In this document: positions 22,924 through 32,170 of the stretch, in pieces
Layout: every line of letters begins with the position of its first letter
How positions within the stretch are numbered: position 1 is the first letter of the stretch
DNA from: Octopus bimaculoides
Lineage: Eukaryota
Assembly (NCBI RefSeq): GCF_001194135.2
Contig: NC_068982.1
Coordinates: 74,761,374-74,793,660, forward strand
Direction: 5' to 3'
Length of the DNA: 32,287 nt
The notes under the pieces: generated by a model
Seen by the model: the letters and a program-made list of their open reading frames with translations, nothing else
Databases searched by the model: none
Told to the model about the DNA's origin: nothing
Program-made: the position numbers and the translations under genes

Positions 22924-23326
22924 CATGTAGCTGGGTAGTAAAGAAGCTTGTTTCCCAACCCAACCTGGTTCAGTTCCACTATGTGGCACCTTGGGCAAGT
23001 TTCTTCTACAATAGCGTCAGACTGATCAAAGCATTGTAAGTAGATTTGGTAGACAGAAACTGAAAGAAGTCCATCATATATGCGTGTGTATGTGTAAATA
23101 TACATCTGTGTGTGTGTGTCTTTGTGTCTGTGTTTGCCTCCCACCATTTGACAACCCTGGTATTGGTGTGTTTACACCCCTGTAACTTAGGGTTCAGCCA
23201 AAGAGATTGATAGAATAAGTACCAGGATTTAAAAAAAGTACTGGGGTTGGTTCATTTAATTAAAAATATTCTTCAAGGCAGTGTCTCAGCATGGCTGCAG
23301 TCTAATGATACAAGTAAAAGATAAAA
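22924..23326 (+). mobile_element. SINE family A, near full length, with internal microsatellite
   Basis: aagaagcttgtttcccaacc...ggcaccttgggcaagtttcttctac...gaaactgaaagaa, TA/TG tract, gatagaataagtacc, cagcatggctgcagtc...caagtaaaagataaaa. Confidence 0.85.
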
Positions 23327-23344
23327 CATATAAAGATTGCCAGC

Positions 23345-23727
23345 GTTGTTGGCACTCCATTGCTTACAACGTTGAGGGTTCCAGTTGATCCGATGAATGG
23401 AACAGCCTGGTCGTGAAATTAATGTGCAAGTGGCTGAGCACTCCACAGACACGTGTACCCTTAACGTAGTTCTCAAGGATATTCAGCATGACACAATGTG
23501 ACAAGGCTGACCCTTTGAATTACAGGTACAACAGAAACAGGAAGTAAGAGTGAGAGAACCTTGTGGTGAAAGAGTACAGCAGGGTTCGCCACCATCCCCT
23601 GCCGGAGCCTCATGGAGCTTTAGGTGTTTTCGCTCAATAAACACTCACAACGCCCAGTCTGGGAATCGAAACCACGATCCTATGACCGCGAGTCCGCTGC
23701 CCTAACCACTGGGCCATTGCGCCTCCG
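23345..23727 (-). mobile_element. Full-length young tRNA-derived SINE (family C) with 13-bp TSD
   Basis: Head GGAGGCGCAATGGCCCAGTGGTTAGG (A box), GGTTTCGATTCC (B box), tail GGAGTGCCAACAAC; identical flanks AAAGATTGCCAGC at 23332-23344 and 23728-23740. Confidence 0.95.
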
Positions 23728-23923
23728 AAAGATTGCCAGCAAATTAGTTCTAAATTACTTTGTTGATAATTCAATATGATCTTCAAAAGTATTCTTACTT
23801 TTTGAAAATCAAAATTTTTAAAAACTTTTGAGAGAACATGAAATAATTCATTTTTTCATTTTTGGAATATCTTCAAGCTCACACATGAAGCTATAAATAT
23901 GTAAATATGTATCTAAATATGTA

Positions 23924-23998
23924 GTTGAAAAATCCTTTTGGATAGAAAATGTCCTGTGAGCTGCTTTCAACATTTTCTATCCAAAAGGGTTTTACAAC
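23924..23998. repeat. Near-perfect inverted repeat / hairpin
   Basis: Perfect 19-bp arms 23934-23952 and 23970-23988, extendable to ~29 bp with one G-U pair and one mismatch; 17-nt loop. Confidence 0.9.
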
Positions 23999-24224
23999 CG
24001 AGTATTTATATACTATTATTTACAGCTTCATAATATCCCAGAAAAGAATTATTTCAGAATTTTAAATAAGAACATTGCCCTGGTTTGTAAAAAATAAAAT
24101 AGTAGCTGGAGTCCTGAAAAGTATTGTAATGTCTTACTTATAGCTTAATCTATCAACTTTGGTCAGCTTTTTATTTATATATTCTTAGTGTGTATATAGA
24201 ACTGTATTGTCTACCTCTTTTGTG

Positions 24225-24305
24225 CTATAAAGAGGTAGTATGTGATATGAGGAAGATTTGGCTGGTATTTCTAGCTAGTTAAGTGATTACAAAGAAGTTC
24301 CTTCA
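24225..24305 (+). repeat. Short interspersed repeat (unclassified)
   Basis: gatttggctg.tatttctagc motif; related copies at ~20170-20225 (-) and ~26335-26410 (+). Confidence 0.5.
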
Positions 24306-24499
24306 TTGTTCAGTCCAGAAATAAGCAATCAACAGATGTTCATTACTGTGTAGCACTGGGCTAACACTGAAGGCATGAAGTAATTGAAAAGAGAGTTATG
24401 TCCTGTGACCAACCAAAGAGAGAAGGAAAGGAAAAGAGAGAGAGAGAGAGAGAGAGAGACTATATGGTTGTTAAACTTAATAGAAATAGCAGCATACTT

Positions 24500-24680
24500 T
24501 TTTATCCATGTTGTTTTGACTTAATCATTCATTATCTTGTAGCTTTGAGATTTCAGTGATGTGATTGTTTATTTCTAGATTGACATTATAGATTAGGTGT
24601 GAGAGGTCACATATGGCCAATTTGAACATAAAATAGGTAGAATATTTGGGCCGGATATGGTCAGTTTCAATGCTAGAGGG
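24500..24680. mobile_element. piggyBac-type MITE, right part
   Basis: Ends aatgctagaGGG|TTAA; body similar to 21938-22140. Confidence 0.7.
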
Positions 24681-24953
24681 TTAAATCATACCCCACTATC
24701 TTAAGTAACAAAAGAATACTTTTAGTTAATGTAGCTCCGTACAACCCTAAAAGAGGGTGCTAACACAGCTGGAATACATTTGATCCGAGATAAACTTGAT
24801 CAGAGTTAATTTGGGGCTAAAGAACAACAGCCTGTGATGCCTTGTCTGTGATGCCCTGTTCCTCTATCCAAAAGAAACAGTTTCTAATTACTTGATGCTA
24901 TGAATATTGGCATTAATACTTCTGACAAATGCTTTGCAGTATTTACTTACTAT

Positions 24954-25297
24954 GTTAGGGCAGCGGACTCGTGGTCATAGGATCGTGGTTTCGATTCCCA
25001 GACCGGGCGTTGTGAGTGTTTATTGAGTGAAAAACACCTAAAGCTCCACGAGGCTCTGGCAGGGGATGGTGGCAAACCCTGCTGTACTCTTCCACCACAA
25101 CTTTCTCTCACTCTTACTTCCTGTTTCTGTTGTGCCTGTAATTCAAAGGGTCAGCTTTGTCACACTGTGTCACGCTGAATATCTCCGAGAACTACGTTAA
25201 GGGTACACGTGTCGGTGGAGTGCTCAGTCACTTGCACGTTAATTTCACGAGCAGGCTGGAACCCTCGACGTCGTAAGCGCAGGAGTGCCAACAACAA
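24954..25297 (+). mobile_element. SINE family C copy lacking the first ~20 nt
   Basis: About 90% identical by eye to 23345-23727 in opposite orientation; ~21-nt internal deletion near the 3' end. Confidence 0.95.
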
Positions 25298-25299
25298 AT

Positions 25300-25440
25300 A
25301 TACATTCTCAGTTCAAATCCTGCGACTTTGCCTTTCCTCCTTCCAAATAATGTACCCATCAACTCCTGGGGTTGATATAATTAACTATACTTCTCTCCCC
25401 CACCAAAATTTGGAGCCCTGTGCCTATATTGGAAATGAAA
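25300..25440 (+). mobile_element. SINE family B partial
   Basis: ttctcagttcaaatcc...gactttgcctt...aaataatgtacc...ggagccctgtgcc. Confidence 0.6.
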
Positions 25441-25529
25441 GTGGGAAGCAACTTCAGCTGATTAGAATACATTCTGGAAAACAGGGTGTGAAGTATGGTA
25501 GTTGTTTTGGATAATTTAGTCAACAATGA

Positions 25530-25745
25530 TCCTTTCTATCATAAGCACAAGGCCTGAAATTTTTGTGGTGGAGTCTAGTCAATTACATTGACTCCAGTAC
25601 TCAACTGGTACATTTTTTCAGCCCTGAAAGAGATGAAAGACAAAGTTGACCTTGGCAGGATTTGAACTCAGAACATAAAGATGGATGAAATACCATGAAG
25701 CATTTTATCCATTGTGCAAATGATTTTGCCAACTTACTACCTTAT
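25530..25745 (-). mobile_element. SINE family B (Meta-like)
   Basis: cagtactcaactggtac...gatgaaagacaaagttgaccttggcaggatttgaactcagaac is the reverse complement of the family B body. Confidence 0.8.
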
Positions 25746-25814
25746 ATTTAGACAGTAATAATAAAAAAAGAAAACTAAAAACGTTTCTATTTATTCATTT
25801 ATTCATTTACATTG

Positions 25815-26088
25815 GTACTGGCTCCTGTGCAAGTGGCACGTAAAATACACCATTTTGAGCGTGGCCGTTGCCAGTACCTCCTGATTGGCCTTCGTGCCGG
25901 TGGCACATAAAAGCACCCACTACACTCTCGGAGTGGTTGGCATTAGGAAAAGCATCCAGCTGTAGAAACTCTGCCAAATCAGATTGGAGCCTAGTGTCGC
26001 CTCCTGGTCCACCAGTCCTCAGTCAAATCGTCCAACCCATGCTAGCATGGAAAGTGGACGTTAAACGACGACGATGATGATGATGATG
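25815..26088 (+). mobile_element. RTE 3' UTR copy with (GAT)n tail, young
   Basis: Nearly identical to 28800-29088; ends acgttaaacgacgacgatgatgatgatgatg. Confidence 0.85.
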
Positions 26089-26454
26089 TACTGATATCTA
26101 TTTGGCAGTAGAAGAAAAATACCTTAAAGAACAACTGATTGATTCTTTCAGAAAGTAGTGGTGAGTAGCAATGAAGTTGATTTCTTGTTGTTCAGTCTCT
26201 CAAGTCAGTTGCAGTTCAACAGTCTAATAATCAAAAGTGTTCCAACCATGACAATACCATTTCTTCTTTTTTTTTTTCAGGTGTAATGTATAGAATTTTT
26301 TTCTAATCAGTAGTTTCCTTTTGTTTTATTTCAAGATAGTAGGCTGTAATTGGAGAGTGGTTTTAGCTGCTGTTTCTAGCAGGTCAAGGGATCCCTTTGA
26401 GATGCTTTCATTAACTAGTTTGGTTAATATTGTAGATGCTTGTGCTGACATTGA

Positions 26455-26670
26455 TAATGGTCTCAAATTTTGGCACAAGGTCAGCAATTCTGGGGGAGGG
26501 GTTATGTTGATTACATCAACCCAAGCGCTCAACTGATACTTATTTTATCAACCCCAAAGGGATGAAAAGCAAAGTTAACTCTGGCGGAATTTGAACCCAG
26601 AGCGTAAAGATGGACAAAATGCTGCTAAGTATTTTGCCCAGTGTGCTAACAATTCAGCCAGCTCACTGCC
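26455..26670 (-). mobile_element. SINE family B (Meta-like)
   Basis: ggcacaaggtcagcaatt...tacttattttatcaacccc.aagggatgaaa...gcggaatttgaacccagag...ccagctcactgcc. Confidence 0.85.
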
Positions 26671-26709
26671 TTAATGCTGATAATGATAATGGTAATCATG
26701 ATGATGACA

Positions 26710-27078
26710 GAACATTGGACTGTGACCATACTGGGGCACTGCCTTGAAGGGTTTAACTGAACAAATTGGCCCCAATATTTACTTTTTAAAGTCTGATATT
26801 TATTCTATTGGTCTCTGTTATTGAACAACTAAGTTATGAGGACACAAACAAACTAACACTGATTGTCAAGCAGAGGTGGGTGAGGGTAAATATAGATACA
26901 GAAACAGATACACACATTTATATGATGGGCTTCCAGACAGTTTCTATCTACCAAATTCATTTACAAAGTATTGGTTGGTCTGGGGCAATAAAAGGACGCT
27001 TGCCCAAGGTGCTGTGCAGTGAGATTGAACCTGAAACCACATAGTTGCAAAGCCAGCGTCTTAATCACACTGCTACCT
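26710..27078 (-). mobile_element. SINE family A, near full length
   Basis: Same modular order as 14130-14598, with a short internal CA/TA tract. Confidence 0.8.
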
Positions 27079-27095
27079 ATGCTAAATTTAATAGC

Positions 27096-27310
27096 CATCA
27101 TTTAATGTCCTCCTTCCGTGCTGGTATGGGTTGGATGGTTTGATAGCAACTGGCAAGTCATAAGACTATGCCAGACTCAAGTGTCTGCTTTGACATAGTT
27201 TCTACAGCTGGGTACCCTTCCTAATGCCAACCACTTTACAGAGTGTACTGAGTTCTTTTTATGTGGCACCAACAGCAGTGAGGTCACCAAATAATTAGCA
27301 AGACAAGACA
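27096..27310 (-). mobile_element. RTE-type 3' tail copy
   Basis: catcatttaatgtcc...gggttggatggtttga...cccttcctaatgccaaccactttacagagtgtac. Confidence 0.8.
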
Positions 27311-27389
27311 CCCACCTCAACTGGGTACACTGTATGAAATTTCTATCTACACCTTTGCTACATATTGAGCAGGGGTCATTTCTCTGAAG

Positions 27390-27765
27390 GGATTAGTCAA
27401 TTTTCTGCTTTCCTGTTTACTTGTACTTTGGTCTTTGCTAAATTAACTCTAAGGCCCTAGGAAGGTAGCATCAGTAGTGCTTCTCCCTGGCACAAAACCA
27501 AATTGCATCTCATCTAGGTTAACTCTGTAATTAGTTGGGCTATGACCCTTTCTGTCTTTGCTATTAGTTCCTTCTAAGGCATCTTTACCTTTGTCACAAT
27601 TGTCTATGATGTTGCTACTCTAGTTGTTGGGTATGACTCCTTTCAGGATGACCTGATTAGCTATATGAGTAATTATGCAGTATCCCACTCTACCAGAGAT
27701 TTTAAGCAGCTTGGCAGCTGATCTCTCTGTTGGCTCCACATTAGGAAGACTCTCTTTTTTCCATG
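27390..27765 (-). mobile_element. RTE RT fragment, internally deleted
   Basis: KKESLPNVEP...HIANQVILKGVIP...CDKGKDALE...NLDEMQFGFVPGRSTTDATFL. Confidence 0.85.
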
Positions 27766-27805
27766 CATTCACCACATAATTTCAGGTCTATATACATTTA
27801 TATAC

Positions 27806-27935
27806 AGGCACAGGCGTGGCTGTGTGGTAAGGAGCTTGCTTCCCAACCACATGATTTAATATTCAATCCCACTGCATGGCACCTTGGGCAAGTGTCTTTT
27901 ACTATAGCCTCAGGCCAACCAAAGGATTGTGTGTA
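27806..27935 (+). mobile_element. SINE family A head
   Basis: aggcacaggcgtggctgtgtggtaaggagcttgcttcccaacc...ggcaccttgggcaagtgtc. Confidence 0.85.
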
Positions 27936-28014
27936 TATAAAACTTACTTGGAAAAGGATGCGTGCCGTTCGATCATATAATAATATAAATAATATATGAA
28001 TATATAAACAAACA

Positions 28015-29088
28015 GGAAACAACTTCTATCTCATTCCAGGGAGAAAAACTAGAGGTAGTCGATAGCTTCCGCTATCTGGGTGACCAAGTTAGTAGTGGGG
28101 GTGGGTGTGTTGAAAGTGTAACTGCTAGAATAAGAATAGCCTGGGCCAAGTTTAGAGAGCTCTTACTTCTGCTGGCGACAAAGGGACTCTCACTCAGAGT
28201 AAAAGGCAGACTGTATGACGCATGTGTACGAACAGCCATGCTACATGGCAGTGAAACATGGGCTGTGACTGCTGAGGACATGCGTAAGCTCGCAAGGAAT
28301 GAAGCCAGTATGCTCCGCTGGATGTGTAATGTAAATGTGCATACCNNNNNNNNNNNNNNNNNNNNNNNNNNNNNNNNNNNNNNNNNNNNNNNNNNNNNNN
28401 NNNNNNNNNNNNNNNNNNNNNNNNNNNNNNNNNNNNNNNNNNNNNNNNNNNNNNNNNNNNNNNNNNNNNNNNNNNNNNNNNNNNNNNNNNNNNNNNNNNN
28501 NNNNNNNNNNNNNNNNNNNNNNNNNNNNNNNNNNNNNNNNNNNNNNNNNNNNNNNNNNNNNNNNNNNNNNNNNNNNNNNNNNNNNNNNNNNNNNNNNNNN
28601 NNNNNNNNNNNNNNNNNNNNNNNNNNNNNNNNNNNNNNNNNNNNNNNNNNNNNNNNNNNNNNNNNNNNNNNNNNNNNNNNNNNNNNNNNNNNNNNNNNNN
28701 NNNNNNNNNNNNNNNNNNNNNNNNNNNNNNNNNNNNNNNNNNNNNNNNNNNNNNNNNNNNNNNNNNNNNNNNNNNNNNNNNNNNNNNNNNNNNNNNNCTT
28801 GTAGGGTTTTCGAGCGAGATCGTTGCCAGTGCCCCTGGACTGGCTCTTGTGCGGGTGAAACATAAAAGACACCATTTCGAGCGTGGCCGTTTTCGTACGG
28901 GTGACATGTAAAAGCACCCACTACACTCTCTGAGTGGTTGGCGTTAGGAAGGGCATCCAGCTGTAGAAACTCTGCCAAATTAGATTGGAGCCTGGTGTTG
29001 CCATTCGGTTTCACCAGTCCTCAGTCAAATCGTCCAACCCATGCTAGCATGGAAAGCGGACGTTAAACGATGATGATGATGATGATGA
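28015..29088 (+). mobile_element. Young 5'-truncated RTE LINE (ORF2 C-terminus plus 3' UTR), spanning gap 28346-28797
   Basis: Stop-free frame 28019-28345: TTSISFQGEKLEVVDSFRYLGDQVSSGGGCVESVTARIRIAWAKFRELL...LYDACVRTAMLHGSETWAVTAEDMRKLARNEASMLRWMCNV; 3' UTR ends in (GAT)n. Confidence 0.9.
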
Positions 29089-29260
29089 TACATACATATA
29101 TGTACATACCTACATATATATGTATATATACATGCATATATGGGTACAGGACATCAGAAAAATGTTAAACACAATGAGAAACGAAAACATAAAAACGAAC
29201 TTTATTTTCGAACAACAACAAAAAACAAACAGAGAAACAAGACATGCAACATAAAGAATA

Positions 29261-29322
29261 TACCCCTTCTTCAGTTGTCCCTGTTTTATCTACTCTGCAT
29301 TTCGAAGGTAAGGACAATACAC
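29261..29322 (-). ncRNA. Hammerhead ribozyme motif with non-circularly permuted strand order
   Basis: Minus strand GUGUA|UUGUCC-U-UACCUUC-GAAA-UGC-(15 nt)-GGGACAA-CUGAAGA-AGGGGUA. Stem I UUGUCC/GGACAA, stem III GUGU/AUGC (two wobbles), stem II AGGG(GUA)/(UA)CCUU(C) with ambiguous register. Confidence 0.6.
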
Positions 29323-29753
29323 GACTTCATTGAAACAGTCCTTCCCGCAAAGCAAATTAAATAAAATTTGAGATTTTTCGTGGAGGATGAAAGTGTTAAC
29401 AAGAACAGGACAGTGAGAACAAGGCAGTAAAAACAAACGGTGAGGGCTGTTGAGCCAAGACGATGGAAAAATTATTATGAACGCAAGGAGAACGAGCCAA
29501 GAGAGGAGACAGATGAGGCACGTCTTTTCTTTAGGAAAGAAATGGACAGAAAGATAGATGCCCTTTTGTCACATGTCAGTGACGAGAGAGTCAAGGAGAA
29601 AGAGTGATATATATATATATATATCACTCTGAATCCAAATCTATATATATATATATTTGACAGGAAGGACAACAAAAGAAAGAAAGAGACCTCGATATTA
29701 TGCAAATAGAGGAATTTATCTGTAAAAATATGTGACACTTATTCAGTAGCCAT

Positions 29754-29814
29754 GATAAAACTCCGAGTTTCAGATGCCAGGGTGGGAGCCCACGCCAACA
29801 TCTCTTCAGTTATC
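29754..29814 (-). ncRNA. Type I hammerhead ribozyme motif (palindromic stem III)
   Basis: GAUAA-CUGAAGA-[GAUGUUGG..CUGGCAUC ~12-bp stem II]-U-GAAA-CUC-G-GAG-U-U|UUAUC; predicted cleavage after GUU at 29759. Confidence 0.7.
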
Positions 29815-29837
29815 CAGCCAATTGAAAATTCCTGTGA

Positions 29838-29869
<32 letters not shown>

Positions 29870-29920
29870 GTATGTATATATGTATGTATGTATGTACACA
29901 TGCACATACATTCAGGGGCA

Positions 29921-30071
29921 ACAGGTTTCTTTCAGTTTCCATCCACCAAATCCACTCAGGTTGGCCTGGAGTTGTTACAGAAGACACATGTCCTAGGTGC
30001 TGTGTAGTGGGACTGAATCCAAATCTATATGCTTGGAAAGCAGACTTCTCAACCACACGGCCATGCCTGTG
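29921..30071 (-). mobile_element. SINE family A 5' half
   Basis: acaggtttctttcagtttccatccaccaaatccactc...agaagacacatgtcctaggtgc...aaccacacggccatgcctgtg. Confidence 0.85.
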
Positions 30072-30359
30072 GGTCTTCAGATAATATTTCAGTATCAAAT
30101 TTTGGTTCTGTTTATAATCTGTAAGTGGATTTTTCACACATTTAAAATGTTGTAAAAGAAACATTGTAAGGTATATCAGCACATTCACAGGGTGGATTGA
30201 CTAAGAGACTTTTCAGGGTAATACGTTGACAAGACAATCATGAGACAGACAGACAGACAGACTGTGGAAATAGATACGATTAATTCTGAATAGCAAAGCA
30301 ATATAGGTTCTGGAGAATATTTTAATTTAATTTGTTTTTTTGGACATGGTATTCTGAAT

Positions 30360-30900
30360 ATATGGAAGGATAAGGAGAGAAATGGGGGAAACAGAAGGGG
30401 AGAGAGAAGGAGTATGAGAGTGGTGGGGGAGAAAGAGCTGAGAATGGTGAGAGATGCTGTATGAGAGTGGGGAGAAAGAAAGAGCCAAGAGAACTGTGAG
30501 AGATGGTATGAGAAAGAGGGGGAAGCAAGGGAAAGGAGGGAGATGGAGCGAGAGAAGGGGAGGGAAGAAAGGGCAGAGGATGGAGAGAGACAGACAGTGT
30601 GAGAGGGGGAGAAAAGGACAAGAGGATGGGGAGAGATGGAGTGAGTGGAAGGGACAAGAGGATGCTGGAGGAGGAGGAGGAGAGGGGAAAACAAGGTGAG
30701 GAGAGATGAAATGAGAGAAGTAGTGGTGGGGGAGGGGAAGAAATGATGGAAGATGAGAGGGAAAGAGAATTCAAGGGAAAGAGAATTCAAGGGAAAGAGA
30801 ATTCAAGGGAAAGAGAATTCAAGGGAAAGAGGGATAGAAAGGAAGTGAGAGGGAAAATGAAAGAGAGAGACAGAGGTGAGGGGATGGGGTGAGGAGCAAC
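30360..30900. repeat. Purine-rich (GA) low-complexity tract
   Basis: Almost entirely G/A; followed by a T/C-rich tract to ~31110. Confidence 0.85.
30758..30831. repeat. 16-bp minisatellite, 4.6 perfect copies
   Basis: Unit AGGGAAAGAGAATTCA. Confidence 0.95.
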
Positions 30901-31219
30901 AATCAGGAACTTTCTCTGGTTATTAGAATTTACATTTATTCAGTGAAATGGCTACTGGTCCCTTTTTCTCTCTCTCCCTCTCTTTTTATGTACTTTTTAA
31001 TTTGTTTCATCCATTTACTCACTTCCAACCCCTCCTTTTATACCCCTTTTTCCTTTTCTCTCACTATTTCTTACTGTATTTTTTCATTTCTTTTTTCTTT
31101 TTTTTTTGTCACTCCATAATGTTCTTCAACCTCTCCTCGAGTTGAGTCCTCCCTCATCACATCTTCCACTCACACTCAAACAATTAACATTATATGGATT
31201 CAGGGTGTCTCTAAACTTG

Positions 31220-31470
31220 CTGCCACCTCCTCCGCCAAACCAAAATCCACCTCGCAACCACCACCACCACCACCGTTATCGGCACTGCTATCACCACCAC
31301 CACCACTGCCGCCATCACCATTATTGTCACTACCATCATCGCTGGCGTCATCACTGCCACCGCTACCAGCACCACCATCACCACTCCCACCATGCTGGTT
31401 GTCATCGCTGCACACCTCCGCCAATCTCACCAGCCCCCGTTACAAAATCGTCACCATCACCACTCACATG
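31220..31470. repeat. Degenerate (CAC/CCA/CAT)n low-complexity region
   Basis: Trinucleotide-derived tract open in several frames on both strands. Confidence 0.7.
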
Positions 31471-31699
31471 CAGACAGCTTTCTTGAAGTTTGATTGGCAA
31501 GGATTTAGGTCAAACCAATAAAAAACGCAACAACAAATGCAGTAATAATGCTGGCCATGGAACAACAACAACAACAACAACAACAAGTGCAGCGATTCCA
31601 TTATTTCACATTCATACATCAGTTCATAGTTTGTTGCTTAATCACCTGTACTCTACATTTCTTCATATACACCCCCTCGTATACACTGCACATATATAT

Positions 31700-31718
31700 A
31701 TACATGCACGCATATAGT

Positions 31719-31758
<40 letters not shown>

Positions 31759-31971
31759 GCTGTGTATGTGTTGTGATGTGTGACTGTATATATGTATGGT
31801 TATATCTGTGTATAAGAGTATATTTATATATGCGAGCAATAGACATACACACACACACACACACACACACATGCACACACTCATTTTTTTTTCTGTCTCA
31901 TTGTCTTAGTTACATCTCCTTTTACATGTCCTGCTACCATAATCTGTGTGTGTGTGTGTGTGTCTCCCTCT

Positions 31972-32003
<32 letters not shown>

Positions 32004-32117
32004 CACTCTTTCTCTCTATACACACACACACACATACATGTACACAATATCACCTGCATATATATAGAAATATATATGCAGGTATGTGTGTGGGTCTGTC
32101 CATATACACACACACAC

Positions 32118-32156
<39 letters not shown>

Positions 32157-32170
32157 CATGCACACATTTA
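31700..32170. repeat. Compound CA/TG/CT/TA microsatellite block
   Basis: Multiple dinucleotide runs. Confidence 0.9.

Larger units (their letters stand above)
29135..29830 (-). mobile_element. Penelope-like element remnant(s), tentative
   Basis: Carries two hammerhead motifs, a known feature of Penelope-like terminal repeats; weak IFHRLGS peptide near 29460. No RT motif visible. Confidence 0.4.

Noticed and set aside
23660-23727. tRNA-like sequence (also the heads of the other SINEs)
   Set aside because: A and B boxes are present but continue into SINE bodies without a tRNA 3' acceptor arm; not tRNA genes.
30758-30831. CRISPR-like direct repeats
   Set aside because: Head-to-tail 16-mers without spacers, in eukaryotic DNA with no cas genes.
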